Below, one piece after another: positions 54,753 to 62,941 of a DNA stretch of 64,000 nucleotides. The DNA lies in NCBI GenBank assembly GCA_004298065.1, contig SCRL01000006.1, forward strand, positions 28,975 through 92,974, read 5' to 3'. This stretch comes from Gammaproteobacteria bacterium. Its GTDB lineage: Bacteria; Pseudomonadota; Gammaproteobacteria; Acidiferrobacterales; Sulfurifustaceae. A program made the translations under genes and the position numbers. Below the pieces are notes generated by a model. The model was not told where the DNA came from. It was given only the letters and a program-made list of their open reading frames with translations, and ran no database searches. Position 1 is the stretch's first letter; every line of letters begins with the position of its first letter.

Positions 54753-57743
54753 GTGCGATGTAATCGGCGCGCGTTCCACGACCTGAGGCGAACGGTCGTG
54801 GCGTCGTCGGTGTCAGGTTCCCCGTTTCCGCTCGTCACACTGCGCGCGCGGCTGCTCGTGCTGGTGGTGCTCACCGTGCTGCCGGTGCTCGCCATCCTCG
54901 TCTATACCGGACTCGAACAGCGCCGCGTGGCGGCCGACGACGCGCAGGAACACGCGGCGTTGATCGCGCGCCTCGTGGCGGACGATTACCGGCGGCTCCT
55001 CGACGATGGACGCCAGCGGCTTTCGCTCCTCGCGGCCGTTCCCCAAGTCGCGGACGCCGACCCCGGATCCTGTCCGGCGCTGCTCGCGCGATTCCTTCAT
55101 AAGGATGATGCGCGCTTCGCCAACTTCGGCGTCATCGGACGCGACGGGCGCGTGCGCTGCAGTGCCGTGCCCGTGAAAGGACCGGTGAGTACCGCTGATC
55201 GGCCTTACTTCAGGCGGGCGCTCGAAACGCGCACCTTCGCCGTCGGCGAGTTCCAGATCGGACGCATCACGCGCGCGCCGGTGCTCGTCCAGGCCCTTCC
55301 GGTCCTGGACGCGTCCGGCGCGGTCAAGAGCATGGTCTTCGCGGCCGTCAAGCTCGCCTGGCTCGGCGAGCTCGCGCGCGGGACCGGGCTGCCCGAGGGC
55401 GTCACCGTCACCGCGCTCGACGCGCGTCTTACGATCCTCGCGCGTTATCCGGATTCGGGGAATCTCGTCGGCGAGCGCGTGCCGGAAGGGCCGCTGGCGC
55501 GCCACCTCGCGGCGCCCGAGAAAACGGGCGTGGAGGAGTTCGAGGACCTCGACGGCGTGCGGCGGTTGTTGGCCTTCGTGCGCCTCGATGACCGGCCGGC
55601 CGGCCCGGGCCTGCTTGTCGCCGTGGGTGTCCCGGTAGAGCTCGCCTACGCCCGTGCCGCTGTCGCCACCCAGCGCAATCACGCGCTGCTCGCCTTCATC
55701 ACCACGCTTGCGCTCGCGACGGCATGGCTCGGTGCGGACCGGTTCGTGCTGCGCCGCCTCGATGCCGTGACCGCCGCCGCCCGCCGCCTAGAAACCGGTG
55801 ATCTCGCGGCACGCACCGGCCTGCCGAAGCGGGACGACGAGATCGGCCAGCTCGCCGGCGCGTTCGACGGCATGGCCGAGACGCTGGCGCAGCAGGTTAC
55901 CCGGGTGGCGGCCTTGAACCGCGTATACACCGTGATCAGCCGCATCAACGGTGCGATCATGCGCCTGCGCGACAAGGATGCGCTGCTTAACGAGGCTTGC
56001 CGGACCGCGGTGGAGGCGGGCGGCTTCCGCCTCGCATGGATCGGCCTGCCCGACCCGAAGGCCGGCGAGGTTCGCCCCGTCGTCCAGGCCGGCGAGGGCG
56101 CGGCTTATCTCGACGGCCTTCGGATCGCGCTCGATGTGGATACGCCCGAGGGCCGCGGGCCCGTGGCCACGGCGCTGCGCGAGGGGCAGACCCAGGTGTG
56201 CAACGACATCGAGCACAACCCGCGCATGACGCCGTGGCGCGAGCGGGCGCGCGCGTTCGGGCTGCGCTCCCTAATCGCGCTGCCGTTGCGCCTCGAAGGC
56301 AAGACGGTGGGGGCGTTCAACCTGTACGCGCCGCAATCCGGATTCTTCGACCAGCAGGAGGTGCGTCTGCTCGAGGAGCTCGCCGCCGACACCTCGCTCG
56401 GGCTCGAACGCATCGAGAAGGCGCAACAACTCAGCCACCTCGCCAATTACGACACCCTGACGGGGTTGCCCAACCGGACGCTGTTCGAAGACCGGCTGCA
56501 CCAGGCGCTGGCACGGGCGCGGCACACGCGGCGCCCCGTGGCGGCGCTGGCTGTGCGCTTGGAGAACGTGCGCCAGGTGTCCGGCGCCCTCGGCCGGCAC
56601 GTGGGCGACGCGCTGCTGCGGGAAGTGGGCGCGCGCCTGGCCGTCGCCCTGCGCCCGGGAGACACCGTGGCCCGCCTGAGCGGCGCGAACTTCGGTGTGA
56701 TCCTGGCCGATCTCGCGCGTTCGCAGGACGTGACGCTGGTGGTGCGCCGCCTGCTGGACGACATCCCCGAGGCGCTCGTCGTCGAGAAGGAGAAGGTCGT
56801 GCTGGCGCTGCGCGTGGGCGTGGCCGTCTATCCGGCCGACGGCGAGGACGGCGAGGCGCTCCTGCGCAACGCCGAACTCGCGCTGCACGAGGCGAGCGAG
56901 GAATCCGCCGAACACCTCGCCTTCTACTCCGCCGAACTCGGCGAACAAACGAAGGAGCGTCACCGCATCGAACAGGAACTGCACGGCGCCATCGAGCGCG
57001 GCGAGCTGGCGTTGCACTACCAACCCGTCGTCGAACTCGCCACCCGCCGGGCCATGGGCCTGGAGGCACTCCTGCGCTGGGAGAGCCCGGCGCTCGGCGC
57101 AGTCCCGCCGGACAAGTTTATCCCGGTGGCCGAGCAGACCGGTCTGATCGTCCCGCTCGGCGAGTGGGTGATCGAGACGGCCTGCCGCCAGGCCATGCGG
57201 TGGGCGGACGCGGGGTTCGCCAGGCTGCGCGTCGCGGTCAACGTCTCGGCGAGGCAATTGCACGACATGGGTTTCGTCGAGCGAGCGCGCACCGCACTGC
57301 AAAGGGCCGGGTACGACCCGAAACGCGCCGCCTTGGCGCTCGAGATCACGGAATCCGAGCTGATGCACGACCCCGAACAGGCGATCGATCTCCTGAAACA
57401 GCTCAAGGAGCTTGGATTGCTCGTTTACGTCGACGACTTTGGCACCGGCTATTCTTCGCTCAACTACCTCAGGCGGCTGCCGGTGGACGTTCTCAAGATC
57501 GATCAATCGTTCGTGCGCGACCTCGGCAAGGCCCCCGAGACCCTGACCGTGGTGAAGGCGATCGTCGCGCTCGCCGGCAGCCTCGGGCTCGAAGTGGTGG
57601 CGGAAGGGGTGGAGACGCGCCAGCAGCGCGACATCCTGCGCAAGTTGCGCTGTCGCTTGGGCCAAGGCTATTTCTTCAGCCGGCCGCAGCCGGCGGAAGA
57701 CATCGAGGCGCTGCTGAACCAAGCCAAGCCGCGCAAACGCTGA
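54753..57743 (+). CDS. periplasmic-sensor (Cache-like)-HAMP-GAF-GGDEF-EAL signalling protein
   Basis: A transmembrane helix, an extracytoplasmic domain of about 270 aa, a second transmembrane helix, HAMP, GAF, a degenerate GGDEF (LSGANFGVIL) and EAL (EALLRW, DDFGTGYSS). Confidence 0.88.
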   Translation: MRCNRRAFHDLRRTVVASSVSGSPFPLVTLRARLLVLVVLTVLPVLAILVYTGLEQRRVAADDAQEHAALIARLVADDYRRLLDDGRQRLSLLAAVPQVADADPGSCPALLARFLHKDDARFANFGVIGRDGRVRCSAVPVKGPVSTADRPYFRRALETRTFAVGEFQIGRITRAPVLVQALPVLDASGAVKSMVFAAVKLAWLGELARGTGLPEGVTVTALDARLTILARYPDSGNLVGERVPEGPLARHLAAPEKTGVEEFEDLDGVRRLLAFVRLDDRPAGPGLLVAVGVPVELAYARAAVATQRNHALLAFITTLALATAWLGADRFVLRRLDAVTAAARRLETGDLAARTGLPKRDDEIGQLAGAFDGMAETLAQQVTRVAALNRVYTVISRINGAIMRLRDKDALLNEACRTAVEAGGFRLAWIGLPDPKAGEVRPVVQAGEGAAYLDGLRIALDVDTPEGRGPVATALREGQTQVCNDIEHNPRMTPWRERARAFGLRSLIALPLRLEGKTVGAFNLYAPQSGFFDQQEVRLLEELAADTSLGLERIEKAQQLSHLANYDTLTGLPNRTLFEDRLHQALARARHTRRPVAALAVRLENVRQVSGALGRHVGDALLREVGARLAVALRPGDTVARLSGANFGVILADLARSQDVTLVVRRLLDDIPEALVVEKEKVVLALRVGVAVYPADGEDGEALLRNAELALHEASEESAEHLAFYSAELGEQTKERHRIEQELHGAIERGELALHYQPVVELATRRAMGLEALLRWESPALGAVPPDKFIPVAEQTGLIVPLGEWVIETACRQAMRWADAGFARLRVAVNVSARQLHDMGFVERARTALQRAGYDPKRAALALEITESELMHDPEQAIDLLKQLKELGLLVYVDDFGTGYSSLNYLRRLPVDVLKIDQSFVRDLGKAPETLTVVKAIVALAGSLGLEVVAEGVETRQQRDILRKLRCRLGQGYFFSRPQPAEDIEALLNQAKPRKR

Positions 57744-57829
57744 GGGAGGCGCTCACCGCCGCAACGGGCCGCGCGCTGGCCGCGGCCGTCCCGTGGACTA
57801 GACTTTAAACAAGGGATTCCACCGCAGCG

Positions 57830-58039
57830 ATGCTCGCACTGGCCCTCAAGGACGGCCAGACCGTCAGGATTTCCCCCGACGAAACCCCGGATCCGGCGAC
57901 CCCGGCGGGAGAACTCTTCCGGGACGGGGCCATCGAGGTGACGGTGGTCCGCCACGAAAGCGGCCGGGTGTGGCTCGCGTTTCGCGCGCCTCGCGAACCC
58001 CTCATCCTGCGCACCAGGCTGCCGTGGCGAGGCGGCTAG
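57830..58039 (+). CDS. divergent CsrA-like small protein (69 aa) with an internal insertion
   Basis: MLALALKDGQTVRI resembles CsrA MLILTRRVGETLMI. IEVTVVRHESGRVWLAFRAPREPLILR resembles [27 protein letters not shown]. A Pro-rich insert of about 20 aa lies between them. Confidence 0.4.
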   Translation: MLALALKDGQTVRISPDETPDPATPAGELFRDGAIEVTVVRHESGRVWLAFRAPREPLILRTRLPWRGG

Positions 58040-58154
58040 AGCGCATCTCGCACGCTGGCGCCACGTCTTTCCTCGTGAATTCCGCTGCGATTGCCTCAGG
58101 CCGCACACCGGGTGCATAGTATCCGGACACAACACGAACCGACAGGGAGGTACC

Positions 58155-58433
58155 ATGAAGAAGCTAATCGCCGTTCTCGGGCTGGCGCTGGTTGTCTTCG
58201 CGGGTGCCGTGTCCGCGGATCAATCCGTGCGCGGTTACTACCGCAACGACGGCACGTACGTGCAACCGCACTATCGTTCGTCTCCCGACCGTTCCTACAA
58301 CAACAACTGGAGCGTGTCGCCCAACGTCAATCCCTACACGGGTGAACGGGGCGCGCGTCAGCCCACCTACAACGACCGCCCTCCCAATAATTCCTGGGAC
58401 AACGGCTACAACAGCAATCGACGTCGCTGGTAG
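58155..58433 (+). CDS. small secreted protein (92 aa)
   Basis: Signal peptide MKKLIAVLGLALVVFAGAVSA, then a Tyr/Asn/Pro-rich mature part. Confidence 0.65.
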   Translation: MKKLIAVLGLALVVFAGAVSADQSVRGYYRNDGTYVQPHYRSSPDRSYNNNWSVSPNVNPYTGERGARQPTYNDRPPNNSWDNGYNSNRRRW

Positions 58434-58505
58434 CCAGCCTCGTCTGCCCAATTGCGTCGGGCGGACAGACGCGTTCAGTCGACTCGCACCTGAAGGAGCA
58501 ACGAC

Positions 58506-58712
58506 ATGGCCAGTTACTACGTCAACAAGAACGCGCAGCTCAACGGCGACCACGAAGTGCACGTGACCGGATGCTCGTTCATGCCCGATGCGGGCAACCG
58601 GATCTACTTGGGAGATTTTTCGAACTGTCGGGACGCGGTGAGGGAGGCGAAGAAGCACTACCCCCAGTCCAACGGTTGCTATTACTGCTCAAGGGATTGT
58701 CATACCGGGTAG
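58506..58712 (+). CDS. small Cys-rich hypothetical protein (68 aa)
   Basis: An AGGAG lies upstream of the ATG. The protein is compact, with the C-terminal cysteine pattern CYYCSRDC. Confidence 0.55.
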   Translation: MASYYVNKNAQLNGDHEVHVTGCSFMPDAGNRIYLGDFSNCRDAVREAKKHYPQSNGCYYCSRDCHTG

Positions 58713-58782
58713 CTAGAATCGGGCACTTTCCCTGTTTGGGCGTTCGTTACGGAACGGAGCGCCGCCCAGCCTCGCCGGGGCT

Positions 58783-59220
58783 TTACCCGTCGGTGTGGAT
58801 GCCGATTTTGACGGCCCACCACTTCCATTTCGGGACGTAGCGGACTGAATCGAACGTGTCCTTGCCCGGGATGTTCTTGAGGACTTCCTCGTGGAACGTG
58901 CCGTCTGCCATCGAGAGCCGGCCACCTCTGTCCTTGTACCAGCACTCCCAGTTCTTTTTATCTCGCACCGTGCAGCTTGTAAGCGTTGCTGGAGATCCGG
59001 TATCCGTCCAGTAGGCGACCTCTTGTCGATCAGGGGATACCCGGTACGTGATCGACGGCAGGTTGATGCATTTGCCTTCCTCGCCCGTGTCCTTCCCGCA
59101 GAAGACCGAGTACACAGTGATCTCGGAAGAAAAGGGATTCAGGTCAAAGGACCACAGCGCGACCGCAATCAACAAGACGACCGCTATCGAACCCCAGACA
59201 GCATTACTTCTCCTGTTCAT
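58783..59220 (-). CDS. membrane-anchored hypothetical protein (145 aa)
   Basis: The start MNRRSNAVWGSIAVVLLIAVALW gives a single N-terminal helix. The 253-aa ORF in the track is an over-extension. Confidence 0.6.
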   Translation of the reverse strand: MNRRSNAVWGSIAVVLLIAVALWSFDLNPFSSEITVYSVFCGKDTGEEGKCINLPSITYRVSPDRQEVAYWTDTGSPATLTSCTVRDKKNWECWYKDRGGRLSMADGTFHEEVLKNIPGKDTFDSVRYVPKWKWWAVKIGIHTDG

Positions 59221-59249
59221 GACGGTAATGGACAGTGCGCCAGACAGCT

Positions 59250-59492
59250 TTATTTCTTCTTCGGTGCCACGTTCTTTCGCGTGCTTCCGTCGGTCGCATT
59301 GAGTTGCCTGAGCATCTCTGCCTTCGAATCGAAATGCTGGCCGGCCAATGGTCCCCGGTGGCAGTGGTAGCCGCCCGCTTTCCGGTTGTGGTGGCACCCG
59401 TAGCTGTCGAGCCCACCACCATGGGCCCATGCGCCGCTCGTGCCCAGTAAACAAAGTGCACCGAGGGCTACGAGAATCGTGTATTTCTGCAT
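59250..59492 (-). CDS. secreted YHYH-domain protein
   Basis: Signal peptide MQKYTILVALGALCLLGTSGAWA, then GGLDSYGCHHNRKAGGYHCHRG. Confidence 0.7.
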   Translation of the reverse strand: MQKYTILVALGALCLLGTSGAWAHGGGLDSYGCHHNRKAGGYHCHRGPLAGQHFDSKAEMLRQLNATDGSTRKNVAPKKK

Positions 59493-59503
59493 GGAGATTC
59501 CTC

Positions 59504-59917
59504 CTACAACGCGCACGCCTGCTCGACTTTGACCGTGAACTCACAGGCTTTCGGCGGATTGGCCTGCCAGAGATGCGCGTCGAGCTTGGCGCTGCAGCCG
59601 GCGTCCTCGATCAGGCCGCGGGTTTTGTCTTTCGTGCACAAGAGGACGATGGCGTGGCGGTCTTGGCTCATCGCCTTGACGGTGTAATTCTCGAACGGTT
59701 TGAGCAGTGACGGGTCGTGCTGCGTGGCGAGCCTGAGCAGTTCTTGCTCGCCAATTCCCGGCTGGGGGTCCTCGTAGCGCACCGTGGCTTCGACTGCGGC
59801 GCTCAGCTTCGTCAGTGCCGAGGCGAGCCGATACATTTCCTCTTCGTCCGCCCCGCTGACACGGCAACCGGCGACAAACGTGAGCGCAACTACGAAAAGA
59901 ACGATCTTGGCGCGCAT
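59504..59917 (-). CDS. lipoprotein, function unknown
   Basis: Lipobox LTFVAGC after a signal sequence. It starts 3 nt after the upstream stop. Confidence 0.65.
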   Translation of the reverse strand: MRAKIVLFVVALTFVAGCRVSGADEEEMYRLASALTKLSAAVEATVRYEDPQPGIGEQELLRLATQHDPSLLKPFENYTVKAMSQDRHAIVLLCTKDKTRGLIEDAGCSAKLDAHLWQANPPKACEFTVKVEQACAL

Positions 59918-59920
59918 GGG

Positions 59921-60850
59921 TCAGCTCCAGAAAACGTGGCGACCGGCGGGATCCCTGCCGGTATCGAGATTCCAGTTTCCGATCCGCGTGGCGTAGTCCT
60001 CGTCGTTTTGCAGGACGCCGGCGGCGACCCAGCCCCACACCTGCCCGACGTTCCCGATTGCCCGGTCGAAGATCTGGTCGTAGTGCAGGCGTCCGTTCGG
60101 GATGGCGAGGTCCTCGATGTACTCTTTCATGTCCACCTCGTCGCGCGTGGGATAGGTGAGGCCCTGGTCCACGGCGACGTGACGCGCGAACGGCAGGAGC
60201 TTCTCGCCCTCTTCGGCGAAGTTGTCGACGACGAGCTTGAAGCCGCGGTGCCACTTGTCGAAGTTGGGGGCGTTGGCGGCGTGGTCCTGGGGATGCACGT
60301 CACGCAGCATGCCCTCCCACAGGGTACGGACGTCGGCATCGAGCGCCTTGGCGCCGTCACTCCCGCAGGCGCCGATGCCCGCATCCAGGTGCTCGGCGAG
60401 GCCGATGCCACCGAGGTTGAGCCGCCGGAAGATATAAGCGTCCTGGTTCATCTCGCAGACGCGGTGATGTTTCTTGTTCTGTTCGTAGGGGCCGACCTTG
60501 AGTTCGACCACGGGATGGATGGTGACGTCGGTGGCGACGTGCGCGGCGTAGCCGAGGAGCCACGCCAGACACTTCTGCTGCGCCGATCCCTGCAGTGCCC
60601 GCAGCCGCCGCACGCCGGCGTGGATCATCTCGCCCGTGCGGGTGTAGTGCATGGCATCCGCCCAAGCCGCCGCCCCTTTGTCGCCGACGGCGAGGTAGGG
60701 GTAGTCGGGACTCACGGCGCCGAGCTCGCTGTACTTGAAGTACTTGAGCACGGCGGCCTTGGCCGCATTCGGGAAACCGGCGATGGCGTCGAGGCGCGCC
60801 GGCTCCTTGAGGACGTTCACCAGCGTGATGTGGGTGTAGGCGCCGGGCAC
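59921..60850 (-). CDS. zinc-dependent phospholipase C-family-like protein
   Basis: A GTG start at 60850 gives MPGAYTHITLVN... A later stretch is LLGYAAHVATDVTIHP. The His/Asp pattern is reminiscent of the zinc PLC fold. The upstream part of the 378-aa ORF overlaps the DUF3892 gene and is rejected. Confidence 0.6.
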   Translation of the reverse strand: MPGAYTHITLVNVLKEPARLDAIAGFPNAAKAAVLKYFKYSELGAVSPDYPYLAVGDKGAAAWADAMHYTRTGEMIHAGVRRLRALQGSAQQKCLAWLLGYAAHVATDVTIHPVVELKVGPYEQNKKHHRVCEMNQDAYIFRRLNLGGIGLAEHLDAGIGACGSDGAKALDADVRTLWEGMLRDVHPQDHAANAPNFDKWHRGFKLVVDNFAEEGEKLLPFARHVAVDQGLTYPTRDEVDMKEYIEDLAIPNGRLHYDQIFDRAIGNVGQVWGWVAAGVLQNDEDYATRIGNWNLDTGRDPAGRHVFWS

Positions 60851-60854
60851 GTTC

Positions 60855-61121
60855 TTAATAGCAGTCCGGTAGGTCGTCGAGGTTGTTCTTGGATGTTGTG
60901 TCCTTGTCAGTGCGGAGATATTTTCCGTATGGACCTTTGACCACGTGCACGTTCGCGCGAATACCTCCTGGTAGCATGACATAGTACGTGTGCGCTTTAC
61001 TTTCGATGTCGTTGATCGCATCCTGCTTGGCGCGTGGCGACCAGTAATTCCCTGCATTGCAAAGCGCCAGGATATCGCCGTCCTTGTCCTTCTTGGTCTG
61101 CCTCACTTCGCGGTCCGCCAT
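60855..61121 (-). CDS. DUF3892-like small protein
   Basis: DGDILALCN...WSPRAKQDAINDIESKAHTYYV...YLRTDKDTTSKNNLDDLPDC matches my recollection of DUF3892. Confidence 0.6.
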   Translation of the reverse strand: MADREVRQTKKDKDGDILALCNAGNYWSPRAKQDAINDIESKAHTYYVMLPGGIRANVHVVKGPYGKYLRTDKDTTSKNNLDDLPDCY

Positions 61122-61184
61122 AGAGCCTCCCTTGCGTTAGTTGATGGTGAAACTTGTCCGCGTACCGCGCGCTTCCGCGGCGCG

Positions 61185-61961
61185 CTAGTTACAGTTCTCC
61201 AGAATCTGCTGCACCTTCTCGCCCTCGGCCTCGGTCATCTCGAGCTCCCAGTCGCGCTTGATCTTGGTCCAGATCCTCACGTACTCGCAGTGGTAGGCGG
61301 CGTTGGGCGGCATGTACCGGTCCGGCCCCTTGTCGGCTTTCTTGCGGTTCTCGGAGGCCGAGACGGCCAGGAGGTGCTTCTCGTACTGGAGGTAGTTGGC
61401 GTACTGCTTCTTGCGCTCGGCCGACCAAGTCCAGGCGCCGGACTCGTGGGCGTTCTTGAGCGGCACCACGTGGTCGACGTCGAGGTCCTTGGGGTTGGTG
61501 AAGGTCTTGCCGGTGTAGGGATCCTTCCAGGCGCTTGCTTCCACCTTGCAGTGGTCCTCGTCCTGGTAGGCGACCTTGGCGTCGGCGTCGCGGATCAGGA
61601 CCTCCTGGCGGGTGTCCTGGCAGTCGCCGTCCTCGTCGATCCAGTGCTTGTAGAACGTGCGCTTGTAGGCGACGTAGCCGGGGTGCTGGCCCTTGTAGCG
61701 GCGGACGTAGGACTGGTAGATCCAGCCCTTCTCGTTGGCCCCGGGGAGGTTTACCTGGTAGTAGCCCTTGGTCTTGGCTCCCGAGGCGAGCTTAAGGAGA
61801 TAGGGACTGCGCTCGGCGGGGTCGACGGTGACAAGCTTCTCGGACTTCTTCGAGGGCTCCTTGTAGACCGCGGTCTCGCGACGGACCTCGAGATAGTCGG
61901 CAAGTCCCGCAAGCGGGAACAGGACGAGCCAGGCGACCGTGAGTAAACGAATCCTTGTCAT
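61185..61961 (-). CDS. secreted HNH / DUF1524-type nuclease with an N-terminal SH3-like domain
   Basis: Signal peptide, then the His-Me finger stretch DVDHVVPLKNAHESGAW ... LLAVSASENRKKADKGP. Confidence 0.7.
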   Translation of the reverse strand: MTRIRLLTVAWLVLFPLAGLADYLEVRRETAVYKEPSKKSEKLVTVDPAERSPYLLKLASGAKTKGYYQVNLPGANEKGWIYQSYVRRYKGQHPGYVAYKRTFYKHWIDEDGDCQDTRQEVLIRDADAKVAYQDEDHCKVEASAWKDPYTGKTFTNPKDLDVDHVVPLKNAHESGAWTWSAERKKQYANYLQYEKHLLAVSASENRKKADKGPDRYMPPNAAYHCEYVRIWTKIKRDWELEMTEAEGEKVQQILENCN

Positions 61962-61983
61962 GTTCGCCGTCCCTGGTTTCGTC

Positions 61984-62367
61984 TTAGCCTTTGGCCTTCA
62001 CTTCCTTGGTCGCCTGCAATTGCCTCAAGGCCGCGCTCTTGGTGCCCATGACGTCGTGGAAGAGCTTGATCGAGGCCTTGCTGCCGCCGGCGATGATGGC
62101 GGCTGTTATTGCGTAGCCCCACCAGGTGGTGGTGTCGGAGTGGAACAGGACGCTCAGGGCGTCGAAGTTCCAGTAGCGCACCACGAGCAGGGACACGACG
62201 AAGGCGATGGGCTCCTTGAGGCCCCTCTGGGCGAGTTGCTTGACGAAGAGGCGGTGCTCGAAGAGGAGCGAGAGCGCGCGCTCGATGAAGAAGGACAGGA
62301 CGACGATGGCGGCCAGGACCTCGGCGAGGACTTCCCAGTCGATCCGGAACAAAGACGGATCTTCCAT
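61984..62367 (-). CDS. membrane protein, function unknown (127 aa)
   Basis: Three hydrophobic segments. It ends 22 nt upstream of the nuclease gene. Confidence 0.55.
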   Translation of the reverse strand: MEDPSLFRIDWEVLAEVLAAIVVLSFFIERALSLLFEHRLFVKQLAQRGLKEPIAFVVSLLVVRYWNFDALSVLFHSDTTTWWGYAITAAIIAGGSKASIKLFHDVMGTKSAALRQLQATKEVKAKG

Positions 62368-62692
62368 ACCCCACCTCCCTTGGGTTGTTGGTTTGGCGGG
62401 TATCCTACCGGCGACCGGAACTGCTGTCTAATCTCGGGAAAAACCTCACCAGACCTCGCATCCATGGGTGGACATCGGTCTATTTCCGGTTGCCGCTTAT
62501 GCGCTTATGTTTGGGAACCTCTTTTCGGGAGATTCCCAAGCGGTGTCATGGGCGATGTTTTCCTGTGGCGTGATTTGGCTGACTCATCAACACGGATATC
62601 CCGTGCGGTTGGTGATAATAAAATTACCGGTAATTTTTTAATGCGGCATCGCAACCGTGATGTCACGGTGAACTAACAATAACGTTACACAT

Positions 62693-62941
62693 CTAAGAAT
62701 GACTGCTTCGCTTATGTCTCTGGCTTGAACGCTGTGCCAGCGCCTCTTCGACCAGCGCGCGAAGCTCTCCCGCGCGGGAGTTCCCGGAAAACTTCGTTTC
62801 TTTTTCGATCGTACGCAACGTTTGCTTGGACAGCGTCAGTTCAACGCGGATATTTCCTAAAGCATCGAGACGTGCACGGTGCCGCGATGCGAGTTCACGT
62901 GCAGTGAGTCTACGATTGCCGAGGATACGCCGCCGCCCCAT
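62693..62941 (-). CDS. small basic protein, possibly ribbon-helix-helix (82 aa)
   Basis: It starts immediately after the jetD-like stop. IRVELTLSKQTLRTIEKETKFSGNSRAGELRALVEEAL is compatible with a beta-alpha-alpha RHH fold. Confidence 0.45.
   Translation of the reverse strand: MGRRRILGNRRLTARELASRHRARLDALGNIRVELTLSKQTLRTIEKETKFSGNSRAGELRALVEEALAQRSSQRHKRSSHS

Noticed and set aside
48750-57722. Long antisense ORFs opposite the histidine kinase and GGDEF-EAL genes (512, 715, 483 and 603 aa)
   Set aside because: Their translations are shadow-frame sequence rich in Arg/Ala/Gly/His, with no motifs. The sense-strand proteins have complete, ordered signalling domains.
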